The notes beneath the pieces were generated by a model, which searched no databases, was not told the origin of the DNA, and saw only the letters and a program-made list of their open reading frames with translations. A stretch of 44,370 nucleotides of DNA. Origin: a virus (lineage: Duplodnaviria > Caudoviricetes). The translations under genes and the position numbers were made by a program. Shown here piece by piece: positions 1 to 8,056 of the stretch. The stretch lies in IMG/VR virus record IMGVR_UViG_3300024309_000095, positions 1-44,370 of that record; one strand, given 5' to 3'. The first letter of the stretch is position 1; each line of letters begins with the position of its first letter.

Positions 1-858
1 GTGTCCATATCGACGGCCCGCAGTTATGTTGTTCGCGTTCAAAATGATATCGCTGACCTTCGCAACAAAGACGCGCAGGAAGCAAAAAAAGAGGCCGATT
101 TAACCCAAAAGATGGCCAGAGCGACGGCGGACGCCCGGACGACCAAAAGCGTTTCGACTATGACCTCGAAATTACGGGATGCCGAGCGGGCCGCCAACGA
201 TATCACCACCGTACAGAAAAAGCGAGCGGACCTGGCTAAAAGACTGGCCGGGAAACAGAGCGATCTGAACCGCTATCAGACAGACCTCAGCCGCGAGGAA
301 GAGCGGGAACGTAAACGAATTGCGGCGGAAGAAAAAAAGCTGCACGACCAGCGTGACCGTCAGATCAAAGATATGGAAAGAAAAATCCGCGAACAATCAA
401 CAGCATTCCACGCGCCATCACGAATAGCGACTTCGGAGTCCGATGAGACCTACGACGTATTCGTCAGCCACGCTTCCGAAGATAAAGATAGCTTCGTGCG
501 CCCCCTGGCGGAAAAACTGGCCGAGGCAAACATCAAAGTCTGGTACGATGAGTTTTCCTTGAAATGGGGCGACGGCCTGCGTCGCAATATCGATAAGGGC
601 CTTGCTCGTTCAAGTTTCGGTATTGTTGTACTGTCGGAAAGTTTTTTCAAAAAGGAATGGCCTCAGAAAGAACTGGATGGCCTTGTTCAATTAGAAATGG
701 CGGGAAAGTCCAGAATTTTGCCAATCTGGCATAAAATATCCAAAGACGAAGTGGCCGCTCAGAGTCCCACCCTGGCCGATAAGGTAGCTCTTAATACGGC
801 GATTATGACTACGGATGAAATTGTCGCCGAGCTTGTCGCACTATGTGCGAAAAAATAG
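1..858 (+). CDS. Coiled-coil + TIR-domain protein (TcpB/BtpA/AbTir-like, probable NADase)
   Basis: Charged helical N-terminus, then TIR motifs YDVFVSHASEDK, VWYDEFSLKWGDGLRRNIDKGL, WPQKELD (WxxxE) and ILPIWHK. Start sits at the window edge. Confidence 0.88.
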   Translation: MSISTARSYVVRVQNDIADLRNKDAQEAKKEADLTQKMARATADARTTKSVSTMTSKLRDAERAANDITTVQKKRADLAKRLAGKQSDLNRYQTDLSREEERERKRIAAEEKKLHDQRDRQIKDMERKIREQSTAFHAPSRIATSESDETYDVFVSHASEDKDSFVRPLAEKLAEANIKVWYDEFSLKWGDGLRRNIDKGLARSSFGIVVLSESFFKKEWPQKELDGLVQLEMAGKSRILPIWHKISKDEVAAQSPTLADKVALNTAIMTTDEIVAELVALCAKK

Positions 859-888
859 CTCGCGCCACGTCGCACCGAGTATTGGAAG

Positions 889-2130
889 TCAGCCGCCGGT
901 TCGGTTATCACGACTGAACGGGAGAATTTCGGCCCCGTCCCGCAGGTGGTCGAGATAATTTGACCACCACTGGGCCATGCGGACACGTTCGTCCCAATGT
1001 GTGCCTCGGTGATATATCGCTCTGATCCTGTCGTTCCCTTTATGAGCGAGAGCACGCTCAATAGCGTCAGACGACCACAGGCCGCACTCATTCAGCAATG
1101 TGCTGGCGGTGCTGCGAAAGCCATGTGCCGTCATCTCGTCACCAGTGTACCCCAAACGCCGAAGTGCAACATTGACCGTGTTTTCACTCATTGGCCTGAG
1201 GCCAGTCCGTATCGACGGAAAAACGTACTTGCTGTGCCCTGAAAGGGCTTGGGCCTCGTGCAAAATCTCTAATGTCTGCCGGGACAGCGGAACAACATGC
1301 TCGTTTCTCATTTTCATTTTCTCGGCCGGAATACGCCATACCTTCGCGTCAAAGTCCAACTCCGCCCATTCCATGTGCCTCAACTCTCCTGGCCGGACGA
1401 AGAGGTGCGGCGTAAGACGTAGCGCCAGCGTCGTAGTCATGTACTTGTCGAAAGTTTCGATTGAACGCAGCAAATCACCGAGTGCCTTTGGCTCAATGAT
1501 CGCGGCGAGATGTTTGCGCTTTGGACTGACCAGCGCCTCACCAATATCCGCCGCTGGATTGTGACGTGCCCGGCCTGTCACAATGGCGTATCTAAAAACA
1601 TGGGAGGCGAAGGCCCTCAGACGCTTCGCCGTCTCGTAGATACCACGCCGTTCGAATTTCTTTAGCGCTGCCAGAACCTCATAAGGCTCGACCTCTGCGA
1701 CGGGGCGTTTACCCAGATCGGCGTCAAGTTGCTTGATACATCGTTCATTTCGAATCTTCGTCGACTTTGCACCTCCCTCTTTGTCCAACTTGTCCAAAAA
1801 TTCACGGGCGACAGCCGAGAAAGTATTATTTGCCTGAATAGCAGCGGCGACGGCCTTGCGTTTTTTATCGGCACCTGGATCGATACCGTCAACAAGCAGA
1901 CGCTTTGCGTCATCCCTCTTTGCTCGCGCCTCTTTCAGCCCGACGATTGGGTATGTTCCAACCGTGAGCTGCTGCTCTTTGTCGTTGAAGCGATATTTAA
2001 AACGCCACAATTTCTGTCCTGACGGACGGACAATTATAAAAAGCCCGCCGGCATCGTAGAGTTTGTATTGTTTTTCCTCAGGCTTTGCGGCTCGGATGGA
2101 CGAGTCTGTCATGCTCATTGGGGTCACCAT
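889..2130 (-). CDS. int: Tyrosine integrase, P4/IntA type (neighbouring island)
   Basis: Arm-binding N-terminus (YKLYDAGGLFIIVRPSGQKLWRFKYR); catalytic RPGEL, HGFR, LAH, RAIY; adjacent to the tRNA 3' fragment. Confidence 0.93.
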   Translation of the reverse strand: MVTPMSMTDSSIRAAKPEEKQYKLYDAGGLFIIVRPSGQKLWRFKYRFNDKEQQLTVGTYPIVGLKEARAKRDDAKRLLVDGIDPGADKKRKAVAAAIQANNTFSAVAREFLDKLDKEGGAKSTKIRNERCIKQLDADLGKRPVAEVEPYEVLAALKKFERRGIYETAKRLRAFASHVFRYAIVTGRARHNPAADIGEALVSPKRKHLAAIIEPKALGDLLRSIETFDKYMTTTLALRLTPHLFVRPGELRHMEWAELDFDAKVWRIPAEKMKMRNEHVVPLSRQTLEILHEAQALSGHSKYVFPSIRTGLRPMSENTVNVALRRLGYTGDEMTAHGFRSTASTLLNECGLWSSDAIERALAHKGNDRIRAIYHRGTHWDERVRMAQWWSNYLDHLRDGAEILPFSRDNRTGG

Positions 2131-2278
2131 TTTGCAGTTTTAGGCCGTGACCCTCTGCGTGACCCCAAATTCTCCCGGATACGGGCGAATAAGGCCGTAC
2201 ACTCACGAACGTCATGAGTGCTAAACTACCATATTTTAAAGAATTTTTCAATGTCCACCGGACGCTGGTGGAAGGAAG

Positions 2279-2329
2279 ATTGGTGGGTGGGCACGGACTC
2301 GAACCGTGGACCCGCTGATTAAGAGTCAG
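2279..2329. repeat. att core, left copy (3' part of tRNA-Lys)
   Basis: ATTGGTGGGTGGGCACGGACTCGAACCGTGGACCCGCTGATTAAGAGTCAG is identical to 43326-43376. Confidence 0.95.
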
Positions 2330-2563
2330 GGATTTTTACCGGCTTTTTCAGCGCCTTACCTATCTACCCCTGTAAAGGCCACACATGGCAGCCTCATTAT
2401 CCCCCCATGCTTTACGGTCGAGTTCGAGGCCCTGGCTCACCCCGGCCGGCGCGGCTCGATCGACGCGCGGCACAACGCACACGAATTCAAGACGAGACGA
2501 TTAAATGAATTCAGCACCTTATAAAGGTTCGACACTATAAAGCTTTAAAAGTCGCGGGTGTTA

Positions 2564-2846
2564 TCGGGAAAAATCTTACCTTCCTTACGTCACTGAAAAA
2601 TAAAGATAATTCATCTAATTAAAATCTAACATATTCATTACCAAGTAAGGACAAGGATTTCTCATTTTTGTGAGTTAGAAAACGTTATAAAATCAATGAT
2701 GTAAGAAAATTGACCTAAAAATGTAAGGTCAGGTGATATCCGCAATATCACATCATAAATTGAAATAAGCCCCTGATATTTCGGACATTTTCATTGCGCT
2801 TTGAAAGCGTGTTTATCTTTGGTGAGGAATGTAAGACTTTTCCCGA
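2564..2846. other. Candidate replication origin: AT-rich region bounded by a 25-bp imperfect inverted repeat
   Basis: 2564-2588 and 2822-2846 are reverse complements with 3 mismatches; several GTAAG/CTTAC motifs; no ORF. Confidence 0.45.
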
Positions 2847-3030
2847 CAAGGAACTGGCAAAGCTGAGATTTTGCCCGCCGAATTAATCCGGCCGTCGAGC
2901 GCTGGCGGCCCGAAAAAAGGGCCTCTGGCTGCGTCATATTGCGTCACGGATCGGACGCCTGAAACCCCTCTCTAATGCTTGTTCTGAAACGCTGCGTCAA
3001 GGTCGGCCGGTCGCGTCAAAAGCGACATAT

Positions 3031-3070
3031 AAAGCGAGCAGGCGAGGCGTGGGGACGAGCGCGGCGCTCC
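3031..3070 (+). other. P2-type cos site
   Basis: AAAGCGAGCAGGCGAGGCGTGGGGACGAGCGCGGCG resembles the P2/P4 cos (GGCGAGGCGGGGAAAGCAC); lies downstream of the portal operon as in P2. Confidence 0.7.
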
Positions 3071-3210
3071 GGGGCTGGCGCGGCGGTTTTTGCCCCTCTC
3101 CGCCCCTCCGCGCCTCCCCCACGGGCGCGACGAGGCGTGGCCGGCCCATAGGCCGTGAGACGTTCTTGCCGCTCTTGGGGCCGCCTATGGCCCGCACGTC
3201 GGTGAGTATA

Positions 3211-3543
3211 TTAGTGCTTGAGGTCCTGCAGGCGGCATCCCGCCCCGGCTATCCCGTCGGTCGTCATACGCAAAATCAGCGCCCTGCCCTCGAAGCCGAA
3301 CCCGAAGAGTTGCCACGTCCCCCGGATCAGATAGGCGGCGTCATGGTTCAGCCGGTCGATAGTCACGATGGTGTCACCGCACCACTCCAGCCCCAGCGCC
3401 TGCATACGGGTATATTTGAAACTCCGGGCGCGCAGGTGCCTCCCAAAGAAATGCTCAGGCCGGATGCCTTGAAGGATCGGTACATAGCTGGCCTTGCCCT
3501 CGATCGGGTCTATCAGGATCGCAGAAGGTGGCCGGGTGCGCAT
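3211..3543 (-). CDS. Hypothetical protein (110 aa) preceded by a LexA box
   Basis: ORF MRTRPPSAILIDP...; ATG 5 bp from the SOS box; TTGACT upstream. Confidence 0.55.
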   Translation of the reverse strand: MRTRPPSAILIDPIEGKASYVPILQGIRPEHFFGRHLRARSFKYTRMQALGLEWCGDTIVTIDRLNHDAAYLIRGTWQLFGFGFEGRALILRMTTDGIAGAGCRLQDLKH

Positions 3544-3548
3544 TCGAT

Positions 3549-3563
3549 GTTCATATTTTGTTC
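3549..3563 (-). promoter_or_regulatory. Alphaproteobacterial LexA (SOS) box
   Basis: GTTC-ATATTTT-GTTC is an exact GTTC-N7-GTTC, intergenic and directly upstream of a start codon. Confidence 0.75.
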
Positions 3564-3587
3564 CATTCGCAAAAGTCAATACGCAAG

Positions 3588-3616
3588 AAAAACCCGCCCC
3601 CTTGCGGGAGCGGGTT
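3588..3616 (-). terminator. Intrinsic terminator after the HTH gene
   Basis: Minus strand AACCCGCTCCC-GCAA-GGGGCGGGTT followed by a T run. Confidence 0.65.
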
Positions 3617-3633
3617 CAGTGGTAACGGGCGAC

Positions 3634-3834
3634 TTACGCGCCGCCCTGCCAGGGTGGCAGGTTGGCAATCATGGCCGCTATGGCTAGTCGGAAATAGGGA
3701 GGCGGCTTGTTAATCCCCTTCTCCCAATCCTCGACCGTCCGTCTCGATATGGACAGCGCATCCGCGAAGGCGCGCTGTGACAAACCCGTCTGGTACCGGG
3801 CGGCCTTGATGTCCTCAGGCGTCAACTCTTGCAT
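3634..3834 (-). CDS. Small XRE-family HTH protein (HigA-like)
   Basis: IKAARYQTGLSQRAFADALSISRRTVEDWEKG; RBS AAAGGA. Confidence 0.85.
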   Translation of the reverse strand: MQELTPEDIKAARYQTGLSQRAFADALSISRRTVEDWEKGINKPPPYFRLAIAAMIANLPPWQGGA

Positions 3835-3897
3835 ACGCTGTCCTTTCGATATATTCTTCGGAAACCGGAGGGTGGTTTCCCACCCCCCGGCCTCTAA

Positions 3898-3993
3898 CTA
3901 CTTCCGCTTTCTCAAGGCTATGGCTAGGAGTACCAGTCCGTAACCAATCACCTTAAGGGCGGTGTCGTCAGAGAAGTGCAAGGTTAAGTCCAT
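3898..3993 (-). CDS. 31-aa hydrophobic peptide with a basic tail (type I toxin-like)
   Basis: MDLTLHFSDDTALKVIGYGLVLLAIALRKRK; GGAG RBS 7 nt before the ATG. Confidence 0.6.
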   Translation of the reverse strand: MDLTLHFSDDTALKVIGYGLVLLAIALRKRK

Positions 3994-4044
3994 GCGCTTT
4001 CTCCGAGAATGTTGCCGGGGCCAATTCCCCGTCAACAAAGACAC

Positions 4045-4067
4045 CTTGCCACATATTATGTGGCAAG
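4045..4067. promoter_or_regulatory. Perfect 23-bp palindrome, probable operator of the peptide-HTH cassette
   Basis: CTTGCCACATA-T-TATGTGGCAAG. Confidence 0.6.
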
Positions 4068-4073
4068 ACAAGA

Positions 4074-4112
4074 AGAAAAATGCCCCGCAACCAATTATTA
4101 TGCGGGGCATTT
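4074..4112 (-). terminator. Intrinsic terminator after the methyltransferase
   Basis: AAATGCCCCGCA...TGCGGGGCATTT stem followed by a T-rich tract on the minus strand. Confidence 0.6.
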
Positions 4113-4131
4113 CTTATGCCGGTTCAGCGGC

Positions 4132-4929
4132 TTAATTGCTGATGATGACCTCTTTCGCCATTGATGCGTTTCCCCCGCCCGACACGGTGTAGCGCACCCC
4201 TACCGCCTCAAAATTGAAACCGGCGAAAATCTCCCTCACTTCCGGCGTGTCGTTCAGACTAAGGATGAACCGCCCTTCGATCCGGCGCAGTTGCCCGGCC
4301 ATGGCCACGAATTGCGACCGGTCGAACAGGTCGCGCCCGTAGTCTCCCTCGCAGCCGAAATAAGGCGGGTCGAGATAAAACAAGGTGCCCTTCCGGTCAT
4401 AGCGCCGGATGAATTCCGACCAGTCCAGCCGCTCGATCACAACGGCGGCCAGTCGTTCGTTCAAATCGGCCAGGTCCGCCGCCAGTTTGTTGACGTTGAA
4501 CCGCCCCGGCCGTCCGACAGATACCCCGAAGTTTCGGCCGGCCACCTTACCGCCGAAAGCCAGGCACTGGAGATAGAGGAAACGCGCCGCCCGCTGCATG
4601 TCGGTCAGCGTGTCCGGATCTGTCGCCTTCAGGCGCTCGAATTCGTCCCGGCTGGTGATCTGAAAATCGAGCAGGTTCATAAAAGCCTGGTAATGGTGGC
4701 GCACCACCCGGAAAAAATTCGCCACGTCATGACTGAAATCATTGATAACTTCGGCTTTCGGCCGCCGGTCGCGGCGCAAAAAGACCCCGCCCATGCCAAC
4801 GAACACTTCGGCATAGGTGTCATGAGACACGGCGGCGATCCGCGCATTGAGGCGCTTGGCCAGGGCTTTCTTGCCGCCAATATAGGGCGCCACCGGCCGG
4901 ATTGGCAAAACGGGGGATAAACTATCCAT
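4132..4929 (-). CDS. Dam-like (D12 class) N6-adenine DNA methyltransferase
   Basis: PYIGGKK, EVFVGMGGV, VIND, YLDPPY; start placed at MDSLSP. Confidence 0.9.
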   Translation of the reverse strand: MDSLSPVLPIRPVAPYIGGKKALAKRLNARIAAVSHDTYAEVFVGMGGVFLRRDRRPKAEVINDFSHDVANFFRVVRHHYQAFMNLLDFQITSRDEFERLKATDPDTLTDMQRAARFLYLQCLAFGGKVAGRNFGVSVGRPGRFNVNKLAADLADLNERLAAVVIERLDWSEFIRRYDRKGTLFYLDPPYFGCEGDYGRDLFDRSQFVAMAGQLRRIEGRFILSLNDTPEVREIFAGFNFEAVGVRYTVSGGGNASMAKEVIISN

Positions 4930-4950
4930 GAGGTTTGAACTCCGTAAAAT

Positions 4951-4965
4951 GTTCGCTAAACGTTC
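4951..4965 (-). promoter_or_regulatory. LexA (SOS) box upstream of the methyltransferase
   Basis: GTTC-GCTAAAC-GTTC, exact consensus, 21 bp upstream of the ATG. Confidence 0.7.
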
Positions 4966-5016
4966 CGTCGCCAAGCACAGGCGCGGGTATGCGACCAATT
5001 CGGTTGCTGGCAGGGC

Positions 5017-6102
5017 TTACCCCCTGCCCCCGCTTTCTGCCCCCGATGACACCGGCAGGCCCATGCTCACGTCGTACGGGTTGAACCGGACGGCCTCGAC
5101 GCCCAGCCAGTCGTTGATTTCGAGCATGCGCATTTGCAACGGCTCGATCTCGTTTTTGAAGAAGATGACCGCGGCCTTTTGCACGTCGCCAAAGCCACCG
5201 GCGGTCTGCGGCACCACGCCCAGCAGCTGGGGCGGCACACGGTGCGCGGCCAGCACATCGTCGCGGCTGGTGTTTTTGACGCCCGTGAATTCATCCTTCG
5301 CAGCCACGTCGGCAATCGGCATGATCTGAACGCCGTCTTTCTTCCCTGCAGAGGCATGAATGAACAGGTTCTTGAAGTTGCCGACGCCCTTGGCCCCTCT
5401 AAGCTGCTGGCGGATATCCTCTACGTCCTCATCGTTCATCGTCGGTTCCGACAGGTAAAATACAAAACCGGCATGGGCGCCGTTGATATAGTAGCGGCGG
5501 CGGAAAAGGGTCGCGGCCTCGTTGAGGAAGATCGATTGCAGGGCCGACAAATACTCAGGCAGGCCATATAGCTCCTGGCTTACGTCGTCTTCCATGAGGT
5601 GGAACACGGTCCCCTTGCGGTATTCGTGCGGGTCGTACCGGCCGGCGTCGTCGCGCAGGAAAAAGTAGGAACCCGCTTCGACGCCGCGACGGGTGTAAAG
5701 GGCAAGGCTGCGCTCCAGTCTGAGCGGTTGGCCCAGCCGGTTATCGATGCGCTCCAGATAACCATTCCCCATGACAAGGAAGTCGAACGCGAATTTCGTG
5801 AACTCCGCACGGTTGAGCCGGGGCGACGGCTGGAAGGTCGTGGCCAGCAGGTTCTTTTTGATACCGAGCGCCGATCGATGGTGAGACCCGGCGTTCAGAA
5901 CGCGGGCAAGTGAACGCAGGTTGATCGGCGGTTCATACCATTTGCCGTTTTGATAGCACTCGACATAATCCAGCAGGTCGCGGCGATCGAGAACGCTTTC
6001 CGCGTCCCCGAACGTGAAGGCGGTAATGCTGGCGTCACCAGCGCGTGCATTTCCCGCGCCGGGATCATTGCCGAAGGTAAACGCCTTAGAATTCTTGGTC
6101 AT
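5017..6102 (-). CDS. Q: Portal protein (P2 gpQ / PBSX family)
   Basis: WYEPP, QELYGLPEYLSALQSIFLNEAATLFRRRYYINGAHAGF, AAHRVPPQLLG. Confidence 0.95.
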   Translation of the reverse strand: MTKNSKAFTFGNDPGAGNARAGDASITAFTFGDAESVLDRRDLLDYVECYQNGKWYEPPINLRSLARVLNAGSHHRSALGIKKNLLATTFQPSPRLNRAEFTKFAFDFLVMGNGYLERIDNRLGQPLRLERSLALYTRRGVEAGSYFFLRDDAGRYDPHEYRKGTVFHLMEDDVSQELYGLPEYLSALQSIFLNEAATLFRRRYYINGAHAGFVFYLSEPTMNDEDVEDIRQQLRGAKGVGNFKNLFIHASAGKKDGVQIMPIADVAAKDEFTGVKNTSRDDVLAAHRVPPQLLGVVPQTAGGFGDVQKAAVIFFKNEIEPLQMRMLEINDWLGVEAVRFNPYDVSMGLPVSSGAESGGRG

Positions 6103-7901
6103 CCGAAAAACTCCACAGTCGAACGGCGGCTTGTGTCAGCCCCGTCGAGCGGTTCAAAGAAGAGGGCATGCAAAAGCGCCCAGGCCAGGTCGGCATGTCC
6201 GGTTTCGGCCGAACGGCGGGCGACAAAGGTGAGTTGGCGCTGGTCCTTGGTCAGTTGGGGGTGAATGGACATCAGCGACAGGGCTAGGTCCGTCCAAGAG
6301 ATATCGAATTCGATACGCCGGTCATTGAAGACGCTCTTGGCCTTGTGAACCATCAGGCTCTTGACGGTCGGGTCGTAGCGAATCTGGCGGGCGCGCGGGA
6401 AGAAGGTGATGACGTTCTGCCAGACGGCCGCCCCGACACCAGTGGTATCGATCCCGATTTCAGTCACGCGATATTTTTGCGTCCATTGCTGGATCAGCTT
6501 TGCCTGGGCTGTGAAATTCAGGCCGCGAATTTGGATTTTTTCGATAACCCGGAATTTGCCCTTGGCCGTCTTCGGTGGAATAACGGCAATCAGGGCCGCA
6601 TTGTCGCCCTCGTCGCTTTCGTTGGGATCATAACCCAGCCAAACTTCCTGATCGCCCGCCGGCCGCGCCGTGAACGGTCTGAAATCACGCCAGGCCATAT
6701 CCGCTTCGACCATGCAGGGCCTGACAAGCGCCATTGGGAAGGTGGACGCGGAATCGTCAACGAACTGGCATTCATAGAGATTGGCGAATTCCTCAACGCT
6801 CTTTTCCGCGCGCAGCTCATCGGCATCCACCATGTCGAAGCCGCTATCGATCGCGTCCTGCAGGGTGACGATGTTGCGCCAGATTTTGTCGCCGCCCACC
6901 TCACCATGTTTCAGGGTCTTGTGGCTGGTATCGATCTTGACGCGTTGAGACTTGCTGCGGCGGCGATTGAACTTTTCGCCCGACCACATGGCATAGGCTT
7001 CATGGTGGATCGTCGAAGGTGTCGAAAACAGCGTCGTTGTGAAGCGCTTGTGCGTGGCCATGCCGGAAGCCACGGTATAGAGCTGCTCGAAACCGTAAAT
7101 CCAGAACACCTCGTCAAGGATCACGTCGCCCGAATAGGACTGTGCCGTCCGATAGTTCGTGCCCAGGAAGTGCAGCTCGACCGGCTCCAGTATGTTGCCG
7201 TCCTCGTCTTCTCCCCGATCGATGATAATGGGGTTGCCTTTGAGCCTGACCCCGGCATACCGCGCCGCGAACTTGATGATGTAGTTGCGGAAGGCAAGCG
7301 CCTGGTTGCGGCTGGCCGAAATGAAAATCTGGTTGTTGCCGGTTTCCAGCGCCCTGATCAGGCGTTCATGCGCAAAATGGAAGGTTGCACCGATCTGGCG
7401 TGATTTCAGGATAAACCGGATGCGTTGATGGCTGACGCTGTACCACAGCGACTGAAACGGATAGCTTTCCGCTTCCAAAGCGGCCTTAAGCTTCGCCAGC
7501 GCCTCACGGTCGATCTGGTTGGGAACAGCCCGTTTCTTAGGTTTGGCGTTGCGATTGGCCACCTTTTCATTGAGGTCACCGGCATGTCCGCCCTCGCCCT
7601 CAAAGCGGCGAACGCGGGCCAGCGTCGTCATCTGACGCCCCAGCAGGTCGATTTCCTTCATGTCGTGACCGGACTTGTGGCCCTTCATCACGAGCATGTT
7701 GAAACGCGCCGAAAGCACATGCTGCGACTGATCGACGGGCGCCACGTCATCCCAGCCGCCGCGATCTTTCCAGCTCTGAATTGTGGTGCGTGCAATGCCC
7801 GTTTCGTCGGAAATCTGGGTCACCGACCAGCCGCACCAATAGAGCGTCCGGGCATGGCGCCTCGGATCGAACGGCACAGGATTTTCCGCCTCTTCGCTCA
7901 T
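6099..7901 (-). CDS. P: Terminase ATPase subunit (P2 gpP)
   Basis: N-terminal HTH (ARTLYWCGW), ILKSRQIGAT, DEVFW, GHADLAWA. Confidence 0.95.
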   Translation of the reverse strand: MSEEAENPVPFDPRRHARTLYWCGWSVTQISDETGIARTTIQSWKDRGGWDDVAPVDQSQHVLSARFNMLVMKGHKSGHDMKEIDLLGRQMTTLARVRRFEGEGGHAGDLNEKVANRNAKPKKRAVPNQIDREALAKLKAALEAESYPFQSLWYSVSHQRIRFILKSRQIGATFHFAHERLIRALETGNNQIFISASRNQALAFRNYIIKFAARYAGVRLKGNPIIIDRGEDEDGNILEPVELHFLGTNYRTAQSYSGDVILDEVFWIYGFEQLYTVASGMATHKRFTTTLFSTPSTIHHEAYAMWSGEKFNRRRSKSQRVKIDTSHKTLKHGEVGGDKIWRNIVTLQDAIDSGFDMVDADELRAEKSVEEFANLYECQFVDDSASTFPMALVRPCMVEADMAWRDFRPFTARPAGDQEVWLGYDPNESDEGDNAALIAVIPPKTAKGKFRVIEKIQIRGLNFTAQAKLIQQWTQKYRVTEIGIDTTGVGAAVWQNVITFFPRARQIRYDPTVKSLMVHKAKSVFNDRRIEFDISWTDLALSLMSIHPQLTKDQRQLTFVARRSAETGHADLAWALLHALFFEPLDGADTSRRSTVEFFG

Positions 7902-7945
7902 GCGGGCCAAGGTACGCGGCGGCGCAAGCCCTAAAGAGCGGTGCT

Positions 7946-7970
7946 GGTTGTCACAAGGCTTGTGACAACC
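7946..7970. promoter_or_regulatory. Late-promoter activator site 1 (divergent P/O operons)
   Basis: Palindrome GGTTGT-N13-ACAACC, repeated at 17745 and 21790; like P2-family Ogr sites (TGT-N12/13-ACA). Confidence 0.8.
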
Positions 7971-8056
7971 GCGTCAGATTGTTTTTCCCCCGCTCCGCAC
8001 CACGGTTGAGCCTTGCATATCGCGCACCTGCGCCCGCCCACTCAGGAGCCGCCTTC

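Larger units (their letters stand above)
1..2329. mobile_element. Right end of an integrative island at the tRNA-Lys 3' end (continues left of the window)
   Basis: P4-type integrase next to the tRNA 3' fragment; GTGACCC(C/T) repeats at 2120-2127 (inverted), 2147-2154 and 2159-2166 resemble arm sites; TIR cargo. Confidence 0.7.

Noticed and set aside
2306-2524. 72-aa ORF at the left att
   Set aside because: Starts inside the tRNA fragment; no RBS or recognisable motif.
3049-3687. 212-aa plus-strand ORF
   Set aside because: Overlaps cos, the LexA-box gene and a terminator; probable shadow ORF.
6345-7403. Long antisense ORFs (also 9094-9930, 10064-11041, 33732-34688, 37127-37891, 40226-41008)
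   Set aside because: Opposite well-supported genes; typical high-GC shadows.
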